The notes under the pieces are model-generated. The model saw only the letters and a list, made by a program, of their open reading frames with translations, was not told the DNA's origin and did no database searches. A stretch of 34,238 nt of DNA from a virus (taxonomy: Duplodnaviria > Caudoviricetes). The position numbers and the translations under genes were made by a program. The stretch lies in IMG/VR virus record IMGVR_UViG_3300017647_000010, positions 1 through 34,238 of that record; one strand, given 5' to 3'. Each line of letters opens with the position of its first letter. Positions within the stretch are counted from its first letter, which is position 1. Positions 34,229 to 34,238 of this stretch are shown here, one piece after another.

Positions 34229-34238
34229 CGCAGCAAGA

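Larger units (their letters stand above)
1..34238 (+). mobile_element. Siphovirus-type temperate phage / prophage segment (tail, lysis and replication modules), possibly an SSU5/pHCM2-like phage-plasmid
   Basis: Continuous co-oriented lambda-like tail order (tube, G/GT, tape measure, M, L, K, I, J), then lysis genes, phoH, dnaB, primase and ligase. No host housekeeping genes, integrase or att site are visible. The family assignment is inference. Confidence 0.9.

Noticed and set aside
34225-34238. ATG overlapping the HAD gene stop (start of a next gene)
   Set aside because: Only four codons are visible, so it cannot be called.

Overview
The whole window is one co-directional (+ strand) segment of a temperate, lambda-like long-tailed phage or prophage. 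Its tail and replication genes resemble those of SSU5/pHCM2-type phage-plasmids, which is an inference from recalled family features. Gene order: 3' end of the major tail protein; tail chaperones G/GT with a lambda-type GGGAAAG -1 frameshift; tape measure protein; a two-gene exported-protein insert; tail tip genes M, L, K, I; a ~4070-aa J-type tail fibre; fibre-associated genes; lysis cassette (membrane protein, M15 endolysin, holin, embedded spanins); HTH-metallophosphoesterase; PhoH; an Acb2-like anti-CBASS protein; an Hfq/Sm-like protein; DnaB; primase; WGR protein; ATP-dependent ligase; HAD phosphatase. Most notable: (1) a phage Hfq-like protein that keeps the proximal face but lacks the distal and rim residues, alongside (AAN)n tracts before many late-gene starts; (2) an Acb2-like sponge next to a metallophosphoesterase and PhoH; (3) a triplicated two-cysteine exported domain inside the tail operon; (4) a recurring AGTA-N6-TACT palindrome at six gene boundaries; (5) a highly modular giant tail fibre. 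All family calls rest on motif recognition by eye; no database search was run.
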